This document shows positions 51,705-61,668 of a stretch of DNA of 64,000 nucleotides, piece after piece. The notes beneath the pieces were generated by a model that ran no database searches, had not been told where the DNA came from, and saw only the letters and a program-made list of their open reading frames with translations. Made by a program: the position numbers and the translations under genes. Position 1 is the first letter of the stretch. The number at the start of each line of letters is the position of its first letter. The stretch is taken from assembly GCA_963788655.1 (NCBI GenBank), contig CAWBHS010000072.1:384001-448000 (forward strand), given 5' to 3'. Source of the stretch: an uncultured Verrucomicrobiae bacterium (GTDB taxonomy: Bacteria > Verrucomicrobiota > Verrucomicrobiia > Limisphaerales > JAFGQR01).

Positions 51705-52616
51705 ATGCCGCGATTCACCAATGACGGCTCAACCGACGCGCCCAAGTTGCGCGTCTATTTGAATCTGGACAGTCTCGTTGACCTGCGCCCCGACACGATC
51801 TGGCCGGGTTTGACCGGCTTGGCGCAAATGCAACGTCTCGCCGCGGACGGTTTCGAAGGGGCGCAATGGACTGAGGACAGCGAGCCGCCTTTTGGTAGCC
51901 CGATACCGTTTTGCGGCTGTGGTCGCATCAACCGTCCGACTGAGGCCGATCCGCTGGCCGCCAAACATGCCGAGCGCGGTTACACTTGTCTGACGGTTCA
52001 CGCTGGCTGGGGATTGGAGGACGACGCGGACGTGGATCGCTTGGTTGAAGCGATTCTCGTGGCTTCGGATCGCCATGCATTGCCCATTTTCATCGAAACC
52101 CACCGGGCCACCATCACCCAGGATCTCTGGCGAACCGTGCGGATTGCTCGGAAATTTCCCGAAGTGCGTTTCAACGGCGATTTCAGCCACTACTACACGG
52201 GGCAGGAAATGGTTTATGGTGGCATGGAAAAGAAACTCGATTTCATGAAGCCGATCCTGGAGCGGATTGGTTTCCTGCACGGCCGGATTTCCAGTCCCGG
52301 TTGTATGCAGGTTCCGGTGGATGCCGGTGCCGCGCGTCCGCAGCAGGCGCATGGCGCGATCAACTACCTCGAACACTACCGGGATCTCTGGACCCGCGCC
52401 ATGCAGGGATTCCTTCGCGCTGCCACGCCTGGCGAGTACCTCATCTTTGCCCCGGAATTGTTGTCGGGCACTCACTACTATGCCCGGATGTTCCCGGATG
52501 CGCAGGGAAGGTTGGTCGAGGAAACCGATCGTTATCAGCAGGCGTTGATCTACCAACCGATCGCCCGTGAGTGTTTCACGCAAGCGCAACACCGCCTCGC
52601 GGCCAAGCCGACCTGA
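51705..52616 (+). CDS. Xylose-isomerase-like TIM barrel protein (sugar phosphate isomerase/epimerase family)
   Basis: ADGFEGAQ; IETHRATITQD; NGDFSHY; LHGRI; FAPELL. Confidence 0.75.
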   Translation: MPRFTNDGSTDAPKLRVYLNLDSLVDLRPDTIWPGLTGLAQMQRLAADGFEGAQWTEDSEPPFGSPIPFCGCGRINRPTEADPLAAKHAERGYTCLTVHAGWGLEDDADVDRLVEAILVASDRHALPIFIETHRATITQDLWRTVRIARKFPEVRFNGDFSHYYTGQEMVYGGMEKKLDFMKPILERIGFLHGRISSPGCMQVPVDAGAARPQQAHGAINYLEHYRDLWTRAMQGFLRAATPGEYLIFAPELLSGTHYYARMFPDAQGRLVEETDRYQQALIYQPIARECFTQAQHRLAAKPT

Positions 52617-52769
52617 CGAGCGGGCAAGTTCCAACACAATGGCGGTCAAAGCCGATTCTGGCAAAACCGACACATTCGCTTCATATTGCGTTCTAATTGT
52701 CCAATGAAACGACGATTGATCAGCATGGTCCTCATCGCGGTTCTGCGGATGCCGACCCAAAACCGATGG

Positions 52770-52793
52770 CGCGAATTCTAAGAAGAAAGACGC
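52770..52793. promoter_or_regulatory. Putative XylR-type operator
   Basis: CGC-gaa-TTCT-a-AGAA-gaaag-ACGC upstream of the FAD oxidoreductase, matching 38958-38981. Confidence 0.45.
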
Positions 52794-52936
52794 AGGCTCT
52801 CCTGTTGGCCCGGCAGCGTCCCAATTATAGTGGTTTCAGAATGTGCAATTATGCGCGCAAGTCAGAACGTTTGCCGCATCAATTTGAAGATGATCAAGAA
52901 CCGAATATTTGCGCCAGTCCCGCGAACCGCCGGGCC

Positions 52937-55222
52937 ATGTTGAAAGAACCACCATCCGAATCGACCCGCCGACCAACCACGCGGCAGCTCAGCGGCGACC
53001 TCGCCATTGTGGGCGGCGGATTGGCCGGGACGTGCTGCGCCATTACGGCGGCGCGCGCCGGATTGAAGGTGGTGCTGCTCCAGGACCGGCCCGTGCTGGG
53101 CGGTAATGCCTCCAGCGAAATCCGGCTGTGGATTCTGGGCGCGACTTCACACATGGGGAACAACAACCGTTGGGCTCGCGAAGGCGGTGTGGTCGATGAG
53201 ATTCTGGTCGAAAACATGTACCGCAATCCGGAGGGCAATCCTTACATCGTCGATTCCATCCTCCTCGAAAAAGTGGCGGCCGAGCCGAACCTCACGCTGC
53301 TGCTCAACACCGTTGTCCACGACTTGGAAAAGTCCGATCCCGACACCATCCAGTCCCTCCGCGCTTTTTGCTCGCAGAATTCGACGGCGTACGAAATCGG
53401 CGCGCCGTTGTTCGTGGACGCCAGCGGCGATGGCGTTATGGGTTTTCTGGCGGGCGCCGCCTTCCGCGTGGGAGCGGAAGCCCGAACGGAGTTTGGCGAG
53501 CTGTTTGCCCCCCGCCAGGCGACCCGCGAATTGCTCGGCCACACGCTTTACTTCTACTCGAAAGACACCGGGCGTCCGGTGAGGTTTGTCCCGCCGAGTT
53601 TCGCCTTGCAGGACATCACCAAGATTCCGCGCTTCCGCGACTTCAACACCCGAGACTTCGGTTGCCGGCTATGGTGGCTCGAATGGGGTGGCCAGCTCGA
53701 CACCATCCAGGACAGCGAGCAGATCAAATGGGAACTGTGGAAGGTCGCTTATGGGGTGTGGAACCACATCAAGAACTCCGGTCAATATCCGGAGGCCGAG
53801 ACGCTCACGCTCGAATGGGTTGGCACCATTCCCGGCAAACGGGAGAGCCGGCGTTTCGAAGGCGACTATATGTTGACCCAGCAGGACATCGTGGAGCAGC
53901 GCCAGCATCCGGACGCGGTTTCCGTCGGCGGTTGGGCCATTGACCTTCATCCCAGCGACGGTGTGTTCAGTGAGAAACCTGCCTGCCAGCAGTGGCATTC
54001 CAAGGGCGTTTACCCAATTCCTTATCGCTGCCTCTACAGTCGCAACATCACGAACCTGTTCCTCGCCGGTCGCATCATCAGCGCTTCGCACGTGGCGTTT
54101 GGTTCCACCCGCGTGATGGCCACGTGCGCGCACAGTGCCCAGGCGGTGGCCTTGGCCGCGGCGGTGTGCCGACGCCACGGTCTGAAACCGCGCGAAGCGG
54201 GACGTCCACCACACCTTGCCGCATTGCAACGGGATTTGCTCCGCACGGGCCAGTTCATTCCGGGCCATGCGTTGATCGACGAAGAAGACCTTGCGCGGCA
54301 AGCCACTCTGAGCGCGAGCAGTGAATTACGCTTGGCGTCGTTGCCCCCCAACGGTGAACTGCTGGGGCTTACGAAAGCCTGGGCCATGCTGTTGCCCGTG
54401 CCGCTCGGCCCCATGCCCCCAATGGCTGTCCGACTCGACGTGGCGCAAGCCACCGAATTGCGCGCCGAATTGCGCGTCGGCAGCAAGCTGGGCAATTACA
54501 CGCCGGACGTGACGCTGGCCGTGTTGAAGCTTCCGCTGGCACCGGGGCGGAAGCAGCTCGTGCCGCTGAATTTTGAAGTTTCCATCGCCGAGCCGCAATA
54601 TGCGTTCGTTTGTCTGATGGCCAATGAGCACGTGGCGGTGCATCTGAGTGACCAGCGCGTGACCGGCGTGCTCGCGGTGACGAACCAGGCTAATTACGCG
54701 GTGGCCAAAGCTTCACGTCAGGAACCGCCGCCCGATTCCGGCCTGGACGCCTTCGAGTTTTGGCCCGCGCAACGGCGTCCCGGCGGGAAGAACTTCGCGT
54801 TGCAGCTTGAACCATCGCTTGACGTTTTCGGCGTCGGCAATTTGGTCAACGGCATCGTGCGTCCGACGCGCCAACCCAACGCCTGGGTGGCAGCATTTAA
54901 TGACAAGCAACCGAGCGTGACCCTGCAATGGTCCGAGCCCCGGACCATTGGCCGGATCGAACTTGTCTTCGACACGGATTACGATCATCCGATGGAATCG
55001 GTGCTGATGGGACACCCGGAGAACGTCATGCCGTGCTGCGTGCAACAATTCAAGATTGAAGACAGTTCCGGCCACGTGTTGGCTGAATGTGCGGACAATC
55101 ACCAATCCCGGCGAATGATTCGCTTGGAGCCACCGGTTACCACAAATCGGCTGATCCTTACCATGCATGCGCCCAATCCGCGGACGCCGGCGGCGCTTTA
55201 CGAGCTGCGCTGCTATCGATGA
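52937..55222 (+). CDS. FAD-dependent oxidoreductase (FAD_oxidored family) with a C-terminal F5/8-like beta-sandwich
   Basis: VGGGLAG.CCAITAAR; DRPVLGGNASSE; FVDASGDG; GKRESRRFEGDY; GGWAIDLH; IPYRCLYS..NLFLAGRIISASHVAFGSTRVM. Confidence 0.9.
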   Translation: MLKEPPSESTRRPTTRQLSGDLAIVGGGLAGTCCAITAARAGLKVVLLQDRPVLGGNASSEIRLWILGATSHMGNNNRWAREGGVVDEILVENMYRNPEGNPYIVDSILLEKVAAEPNLTLLLNTVVHDLEKSDPDTIQSLRAFCSQNSTAYEIGAPLFVDASGDGVMGFLAGAAFRVGAEARTEFGELFAPRQATRELLGHTLYFYSKDTGRPVRFVPPSFALQDITKIPRFRDFNTRDFGCRLWWLEWGGQLDTIQDSEQIKWELWKVAYGVWNHIKNSGQYPEAETLTLEWVGTIPGKRESRRFEGDYMLTQQDIVEQRQHPDAVSVGGWAIDLHPSDGVFSEKPACQQWHSKGVYPIPYRCLYSRNITNLFLAGRIISASHVAFGSTRVMATCAHSAQAVALAAAVCRRHGLKPREAGRPPHLAALQRDLLRTGQFIPGHALIDEEDLARQATLSASSELRLASLPPNGELLGLTKAWAMLLPVPLGPMPPMAVRLDVAQATELRAELRVGSKLGNYTPDVTLAVLKLPLAPGRKQLVPLNFEVSIAEPQYAFVCLMANEHVAVHLSDQRVTGVLAVTNQANYAVAKASRQEPPPDSGLDAFEFWPAQRRPGGKNFALQLEPSLDVFGVGNLVNGIVRPTRQPNAWVAAFNDKQPSVTLQWSEPRTIGRIELVFDTDYDHPMESVLMGHPENVMPCCVQQFKIEDSSGHVLAECADNHQSRRMIRLEPPVTTNRLILTMHAPNPRTPAALYELRCYR

Positions 55223-55482
55223 TTTGGTTCTTACGACAGGGCGTGAATACTTCAGTTCGCCGCGAACGTGGCTTACGGTAGGCGGAGACGCTGTCGCGCG
55301 CCAACTCCTGAATTAACCACTTACACTGGAACATGAGGCAGAGGAACCTGATTCGATTCGGCTCTCGGTTGCTCAGTCAGACCCTCCTGAACGTCGGCTG
55401 CTACGAGTGACGTGATTCCACCTGCCCCCCCCCCGCCACCGGTATTCTGTGCGTCCGTCTCGATGACTTGTCGCCCTGACCA

Positions 55483-58119
55483 TTACCTGTTCATCTTCTT
55501 CGTCAACGCTGGCAGCACTACCAGTGGCTGCACGTTGGTTTCCGCGGTGATGCGGTCGAATACCTGGATTTCCGACAGCAGGACACCCCACCCCGGACGG
55601 CAGGCACACTTCACTCGGACGTAGCGCGCTTGGAGCGGTTGTTCGAAGAGGATGCGATACGCGTAGGCCAATCGGCCGCCCGCCGGCAGGTCATCGAACA
55701 GCGAGGATTGGTCCAGTTCCCAGGGAACGAAATCGGCCGGCGGATCGAAGACCTGGTTAAAGGTGGCAGCGCCGGCGGATGAAAAGGTCTTGCCGTCCAT
55801 CGAGGTTTCCACGGTGATCGTGTCGGGGTAGGTGAGATGAAAGCCGCTCTCTTGGCCAGCGTGAACCCGGACGACCGCCACTGTCTCAGGGCGGCCCAGG
55901 TCAATGGTGGCCACTGGGGAGAAGTCCGGATCGAAGATCACACTGGTGGGCATGTATTTGACTGAAACGTAGGTGTCCGGCGGCGCGATGATGCCGTCGG
56001 TGAGATCGGTTCCCCCGTCGGGATTGCGTTCGCTCTGCTGGCCTTGCAGCGTGTAGGACTTGCCGCGCGCCAGGTTCGTCCCCCAATGAAACCGCGTCCA
56101 GGACGGCTTCGCGCCGGGACCGACATCCTGGCCGTCCGAGTAGCCCGGCTTTACACTTTGACCGTCCGGCCCGCTGCCTTGGAGATTCACACGGACCCAT
56201 TTCATGGTGGGATTCCGGAAGCCGCCGACGTTGATGGTGTATTCGTGCGCGGGCGAAGTCACCCGTTCGGTGTGCCGCCGTTCGAGGTCGCCTGATTCGC
56301 GATGTTCGATCCAGCAATAGGTCACTTCGATGGGCGCGAACGCCGCCGCCCGCGGTTGATGATGCACGGTCATCAACGCCATCTGAATGCCAGGCCCGGA
56401 ATAGCTTTTGGGATAGTTCTCGGTCTGGAACTCGTAGCGCAAATAGGCCGTGCGGATTCCGGCTGGCACGGAGGAAACCGGCGCCTCCACCATCAAGTCG
56501 AAGCGATCCGTGTCCTTGGTTTTCTCGTAGTCGGAGATGTAGTTCCGGTCGTCCCACGAGTGCAACAGGGTCACTCGATTCTTGACGCCTTTCACGCACA
56601 CCGTTCCACCATAGGTGAGGTCCGTGATCGGTGTGGGGGTTTCGATCTTCCACGTCGCGCGGCAAGGCTTTCCCTTTTCCGCGGGACGCAGCGTGGGCTT
56701 GTAGAAGCCCGGCGTCGGCTCCACGTCGAGGTCCTGTTCGGCATAAACAGTCCGGTGATGGTTGCCGCCAATGATGCTGGGCTGGAACTGGATTGTTTCA
56801 ACTTGCGGCCCCAGCCGAAGCTGAACCCGATTGGCCCCGCGAACCAGTCCCGGCAGCGCCGGCCGGTTCAGTTGCGTGATCGTTTCAATGGCGAGCGCCG
56901 AGAGTTGGGAATCGTCCGCCGCCAGCTCCACTTTGACGAGATACTCCATGACGCCGGCCACCTCGTCGAGCAACGACGCCTGACCGTTGGCACCCAGGTC
57001 AATTTTCGTCCAGTTGATGCCGGTGTCGCGCGATACCGACACCGATACGCCGCGGCCGCGCAGCGACAATTTAGCGGAAGTGACCACGTTGGCCGCGGAC
57101 ACTTTGAACACCACCTGGCCGCGGCCTTTCACGCCGTCGGGCGTCCAGTTCACGCCGGCATCGGAATACACGAGCGTCCGCGTCGCCGGATGGTGCAGAT
57201 CGGGGGCGTAGTGCCAGACGCCGTTGGCGCGGATGTTCCGGTCGGTGTCCACGTCCTGGTTACCACGCACTGGCCGGAACGTACGGTGTCCATCCGAGGC
57301 CAGCGGCGAGAAGTAGCGCGTGTAGTATTCACCCGGGCGGAGGTTCAACACATAGCGCCGTCCCCACCGGGCGTAGAGACTGTAGTGGGTAACGTCGTTC
57401 GGCGGCTTGAACGAATCCCAGCCATTCGCCAACGTGCGTTGGTACTCGACCGGGTGGTCCGCGGCGCAACGCCATCCGCGGTGATCGTCCGGACCCTCGA
57501 CCGGATTGGTGCCGCACTCGGGCGCGAAATTCTCCAGGTAGAACCGCGGGTTCTTCTCGATCTCACGGACCGACGCCACTTCCCCCCGGTCATTGAAGCA
57601 GTAGAAACTCATCGAGTCGTCAAACATGTGCCAGGTTTGGCCATTGTCCCAGGAACACTCGCAGACCGTGTGGTCGCCGAGCTGCACGTAATGGGCCTGC
57701 CACCCCATCCGGAGCCAGAGCGCGTTGTTGACGCCGGAGATGATGCCACAATTGCAGTAGCCATAACTGTTGAACATCCGGATCGGGTCGAGCACTTCGT
57801 GGCCTTCCTCTTTGGGATTGGTCTTCTGTTTGCGGAGCCGCTGGGACCAGCGCCAGATGGCGATGGCCTGTTCCTGTGGGGTGGCATACTGCGAAGTGAT
57901 CGAGCGCAAGTAACTGTCGATGTCCGTAAGGTCGGGGGCGGAGTCGGTGACCAAGGTGATGTTGTAAACAGCGCTTCGGATTGCGGAGGCCATTTCTGAT
58001 CCGGATACCGGAAGTGGTGTCTGGGCACTGCCGTTGCTGCCTCCCGGCATTACAACCACCGCAAGGTATATGCTGGCGAGCAAAAGGTGTTTCATTCGTG
58101 TCTTCATCCTGTTGGCCAT
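55483..58119 (-). CDS. Secreted protein with an N-terminal transglutaminase-like core and a C-terminal F5/8 (discoidin)-like domain
   Basis: Signal peptide; GYCNCG...DHTVCE...WHMFDD (Cys-His-Asp); C-terminal NLARGK...LTDG...TIDLG...ARYVRV...LSEIQVF. Confidence 0.7.
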   Translation of the reverse strand: MANRMKTRMKHLLLASIYLAVVVMPGGSNGSAQTPLPVSGSEMASAIRSAVYNITLVTDSAPDLTDIDSYLRSITSQYATPQEQAIAIWRWSQRLRKQKTNPKEEGHEVLDPIRMFNSYGYCNCGIISGVNNALWLRMGWQAHYVQLGDHTVCECSWDNGQTWHMFDDSMSFYCFNDRGEVASVREIEKNPRFYLENFAPECGTNPVEGPDDHRGWRCAADHPVEYQRTLANGWDSFKPPNDVTHYSLYARWGRRYVLNLRPGEYYTRYFSPLASDGHRTFRPVRGNQDVDTDRNIRANGVWHYAPDLHHPATRTLVYSDAGVNWTPDGVKGRGQVVFKVSAANVVTSAKLSLRGRGVSVSVSRDTGINWTKIDLGANGQASLLDEVAGVMEYLVKVELAADDSQLSALAIETITQLNRPALPGLVRGANRVQLRLGPQVETIQFQPSIIGGNHHRTVYAEQDLDVEPTPGFYKPTLRPAEKGKPCRATWKIETPTPITDLTYGGTVCVKGVKNRVTLLHSWDDRNYISDYEKTKDTDRFDLMVEAPVSSVPAGIRTAYLRYEFQTENYPKSYSGPGIQMALMTVHHQPRAAAFAPIEVTYCWIEHRESGDLERRHTERVTSPAHEYTINVGGFRNPTMKWVRVNLQGSGPDGQSVKPGYSDGQDVGPGAKPSWTRFHWGTNLARGKSYTLQGQQSERNPDGGTDLTDGIIAPPDTYVSVKYMPTSVIFDPDFSPVATIDLGRPETVAVVRVHAGQESGFHLTYPDTITVETSMDGKTFSSAGAATFNQVFDPPADFVPWELDQSSLFDDLPAGGRLAYAYRILFEQPLQARYVRVKCACRPGWGVLLSEIQVFDRITAETNVQPLVVLPALTKKMNR

Positions 58120-58121
58120 TT

Positions 58122-60074
58122 CTAAAATTCCCAGCGCCGTGTCCTGGCGGCGCCTTTGAGTTCGATCCAGTCAATCTCTACTGGCTGCTGTTGCGCCGGG
58201 AGATAAACGCGGAAAATGCCGAGCGGGCCTTTCGCCGGGACGGCAACCGTGACCGTCTGCCAGTCATTTCGTTGCAGGGTGAACGCTGCCGAATTCGCCG
58301 GAATCGGCTGGGTGCCGGGTGGAATCCACTCGACCTTGCCCGGCCCGCCTTCGGCAGAGTGAGCGCGGAATGTGACCACGGCCGGACCAGCAGTGCCGGC
58401 CCCGACACCCAGAAATGGCGAGTTGTTCCTTCCCTTCAGCGTGACAACGCCCTCCTTCACCCACGCTTCGCAATTGCGGGCCTTCCAGCCTTGGAGTTTT
58501 GGATCGCTCACGTCCTTGGCAGGTGCTTTGGCGGCGGATTTGGGCGACGCCTTCTGTCGCAACTGCGGCTTGCCTTCGTCTTCGGGATGATAACGCGCAG
58601 GATCGAATGCGGGATTGGGGACTGGGACGACCGCCTTGGTGTCGGTCAGGAAACGTGTCGATGAGCGCATCCATTTGTTTGACGCGCCCTGGCTGTTGCT
58701 TGGCGAGGTCGTCCTGTTCGCTTGGGTCGTTGCGCAGGTTGAAAAGTTTCCAGCGGTGGGCGCCGTTTTCGCCGCCGTAAAAAATGCGGATGAGTTTCCA
58801 ATCCCCCTGATGGACAGCCACCGACGGCGGCAGCCAATCGGGCACTTTGGGATCGTGGGGAAAATAGGTGAATATGGCCTCGCGCTGGAGCGGTAGCCCC
58901 TTCAGCGCCGGCACGATGCTGATGCCGTCGAAACGCTGCTCCGGCTGCGGCTTCAGAGCCAGCATGTCCAGGATCGTCGGATAGAAATCGCAGCTTTGCA
59001 CCACCGCGTCGCTGCGCGAACCTGGCGGCGTGACGCCCGGCCAGATCACCACCATCGGCTCGCGAATGCCGCCTTCATAGACGGTGGCTTTGCCGCCGCG
59101 CAACGGCGCATTGCTCGTCGGCGTGGTGCCGTCAATTTCGTTATACATGTTGCCGCCGTTGTCGGAGAAGAAGACGATGATCGTGCGGTCGGCAATGCCC
59201 AACCGGTCGAGCGCGTCGAGCAGCGTGCCGACCGCGTCGTCCATGCTCTCGACCATCGCGGCATACGTGGGGCTGCGCTGCGGATTGTTTGGATTGGCGC
59301 GGGCGCGATACTTTTTAATAAGCGCCGGTTTCGCATCGAAGGGTGCGTGGACACTGAACATCCAATAATTCAGAAAGAATGGCTCGTCCTTGTGCTTCTC
59401 CATCCAGGCCGACGGCCTCTTTTGCCATCCGATCCTCGATGTGCTCGTGGGGCGTGTCGGGATCAAAGTCCGGGAAATTTCCACGGTGCCACGTAACTGC
59501 CCGCCGGGCCGGGGCCAGGCCAGTGAGGAATATCCACATCGAATCCCTGCTCCAGTGGTGAATAGGGCGGATGACCCAGATGCCACTTCCCAAAGTGCCC
59601 AGTGGTATAACCGGCGTCCTTCAACGATTCAGCCAGCGTGTAATAGGTCGTGTTCAGCCGGGTGGCCGGCTTGGGGCCCACTGCTTTCTCGCCCGGCGGC
59701 CCCTTCGTGCCCGGCGTCGCTTGCAACACGACCTGCGGCAGATGACAATTGGGAGTGGTGATGCCGGTGCGTGCGGGACTGAGACCGGTCATGATACTCG
59801 ACCGCGTCGGGGAGCACAGCGGACTGGCCGCATACGCATGGGTGAACGTCATCCCGCGCCGGGCCAGCCGCTCGACGTTCGGCGTTTGGTAAAAGGTCGT
59901 GTGGCCGTAAAGCGTCGTATCCGCCCAGCCCAGATCGTCGGCGAGGATGAAGAGGATATTGGGCGGTCGTTCGGCGGCGAATAAACCGACAGCGCCGAGA
60001 AGCCAGACCTGAATGGCAAGCAAAAGCCCTTTCCTGTTCAAGTCGAACACGGGCGGCGGGAGATGAATGCTCAT
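58122..60074 (-). CDS. Sulfatase (S1, Cys-type) with a C-terminal extension; several frameshifts (~59480, ~59410, ~58660)
   Basis: [62 protein letters not shown]. Confidence 0.88.
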
Positions 60075-61471
60075 TGCAAGTCTTTACGATACTGCTCCCA
60101 GCGTGCCCGGAGTTGTGCGAGTGTTTCAGCATCGTGCGGTTCGGTGACACGATTGTGCGCCTCGAGGGGATCGGAATCGAGATCATACAGTTCCTCGATG
60201 AGCGGGTCTTCGTTCACCCACCTGATATACGCCCAATGTTCCGTTCGCACGCCTTCGCTGGGAGGCAGAATCTTTGGGCCAAAGTGGTGTTCGTAGAAAA
60301 ATTCCGTGCGCCAATCCGAGGGGTGATGGTTCGCCATGAGCGGCACCAGACTACGGCCCTGCATTCCAAACGGCGGCGTCACCCCGGCGAGGCTCAGCAT
60401 GGTTGGTGCGAAGTCAATATTGAGCGTCATCGCGTCTTCGGTCCGGCTGCGGTGGTACGCTGGTTCACGCGGATCGAAAATGATCAGCGGATCGCGGAGA
60501 CTTTCTTCATACATGAACCATTTGCCGGCTAATCCGCGGTCGCCGAGGGAATAACCGTTGTCGGAGGTGAAAATAATGACGGTGTTGTCCGCCAGCCCGC
60601 GCTCTTTCAACTCGGCTCGAATGCGGCCGACTTCGCGGTCGATGCCGCTGATGAGGCGGAAGTAATCCTTCGTGTTGTGTTGGAATTTCTCCGGCGTGTC
60701 GAAGCGCCAATGCCAGCGCCGCCGCGCTTCGGAAGTCTGGACCGATTTCGGCAACTGTTCAAAGTAAGCCTCGGTCGCCGTGGGCGGATGGGGTATGACG
60801 TTATCAGCGTAAATCGACTCATCGCGGAGGTCGGGGGTGAATTCGCGCGGCATGTGGTCCCGGGCGTGCGGCGCGATGAAGCTGATTGAAAGACAGAACG
60901 GCTGGTTGGTCGAACCGCCTGCCAGAAATTCCAAGGCCTGCCCGCCCATGCGCGCGGTGGCGTGCATGTGCGTGGGATCGTCCGGTTGGATGAAATAGCG
61001 GCCACCTTGCCCTGCTAAACCGCGCCAGTAATCAAACTCCTTGGCCATGGCCGCGATGGCCTTGGCATTGCCCACGCCGAACTTGCCGATGAAACCGGTG
61101 CGATAGCCGTGCTTCCGCAACAAGGCCGGATACGTTTGCGCCCATTGCGCGGCAGTGAACGGTTTGGAAAAATCTCCGATCCCATGACGCCGTTCGTATT
61201 GGCCGGTGAAGATCGAAGCTCGACTCACACAGCAGATCGAGGTGGTGACGAAGTGGTTGCGGAAGATCACCCCCTCGCGCGCCAGGTGGTCGAGGTTGGG
61301 GGTCTTGATATTGGGATCGCCCATGCAGCCGAGCGCATTCCATCGCTGATCGTCAGTCAGGAGAAACAGGATGTTGGGTCGGGCGGGCGCCGGCTTGGGC
61401 GCATCCGCGGCGTGCAGGCCAATCAACGACGCCAGCAGCAACGTAGCGAGCGGTGGCAGCAACGATTTCAT
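60071..61471 (-). CDS. Sulfatase (S1, Cys-type)
   Basis: [56 protein letters not shown]. Confidence 0.92.
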   Translation of the reverse strand: MKSLLPPLATLLLASLIGLHAADAPKPAPARPNILFLLTDDQRWNALGCMGDPNIKTPNLDHLAREGVIFRNHFVTTSICCVSRASIFTGQYERRHGIGDFSKPFTAAQWAQTYPALLRKHGYRTGFIGKFGVGNAKAIAAMAKEFDYWRGLAGQGGRYFIQPDDPTHMHATARMGGQALEFLAGGSTNQPFCLSISFIAPHARDHMPREFTPDLRDESIYADNVIPHPPTATEAYFEQLPKSVQTSEARRRWHWRFDTPEKFQHNTKDYFRLISGIDREVGRIRAELKERGLADNTVIIFTSDNGYSLGDRGLAGKWFMYEESLRDPLIIFDPREPAYHRSRTEDAMTLNIDFAPTMLSLAGVTPPFGMQGRSLVPLMANHHPSDWRTEFFYEHHFGPKILPPSEGVRTEHWAYIRWVNEDPLIEELYDLDSDPLEAHNRVTEPHDAETLAQLRARWEQYRKDLQ

Positions 61472-61668
61472 TGTCCGGTTCCTTTGTCGGCCCGTCGATG
61501 AGGATATGATGGCTTCGCGGCTTCCGAAAACGTGGCGAGCATCTTCGCAAACATCGTTAGGTACTTGGATCCGAAATCGTGTCATGGCTCCATAATGCCG
61601 GTACAGACGGTGCCGTCAACATCGAGGCATCGCACGTGTGCGACAGAGCAGTGTGTGTCAACGGAGCG

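Noticed and set aside
56302..57999. Long antisense ORFs (565 aa here; also 7514-8608, 11450-12784, 62235-63482 and others)
   Set aside because: They are shadows of well-supported genes in high-GC DNA, with no domain motifs.
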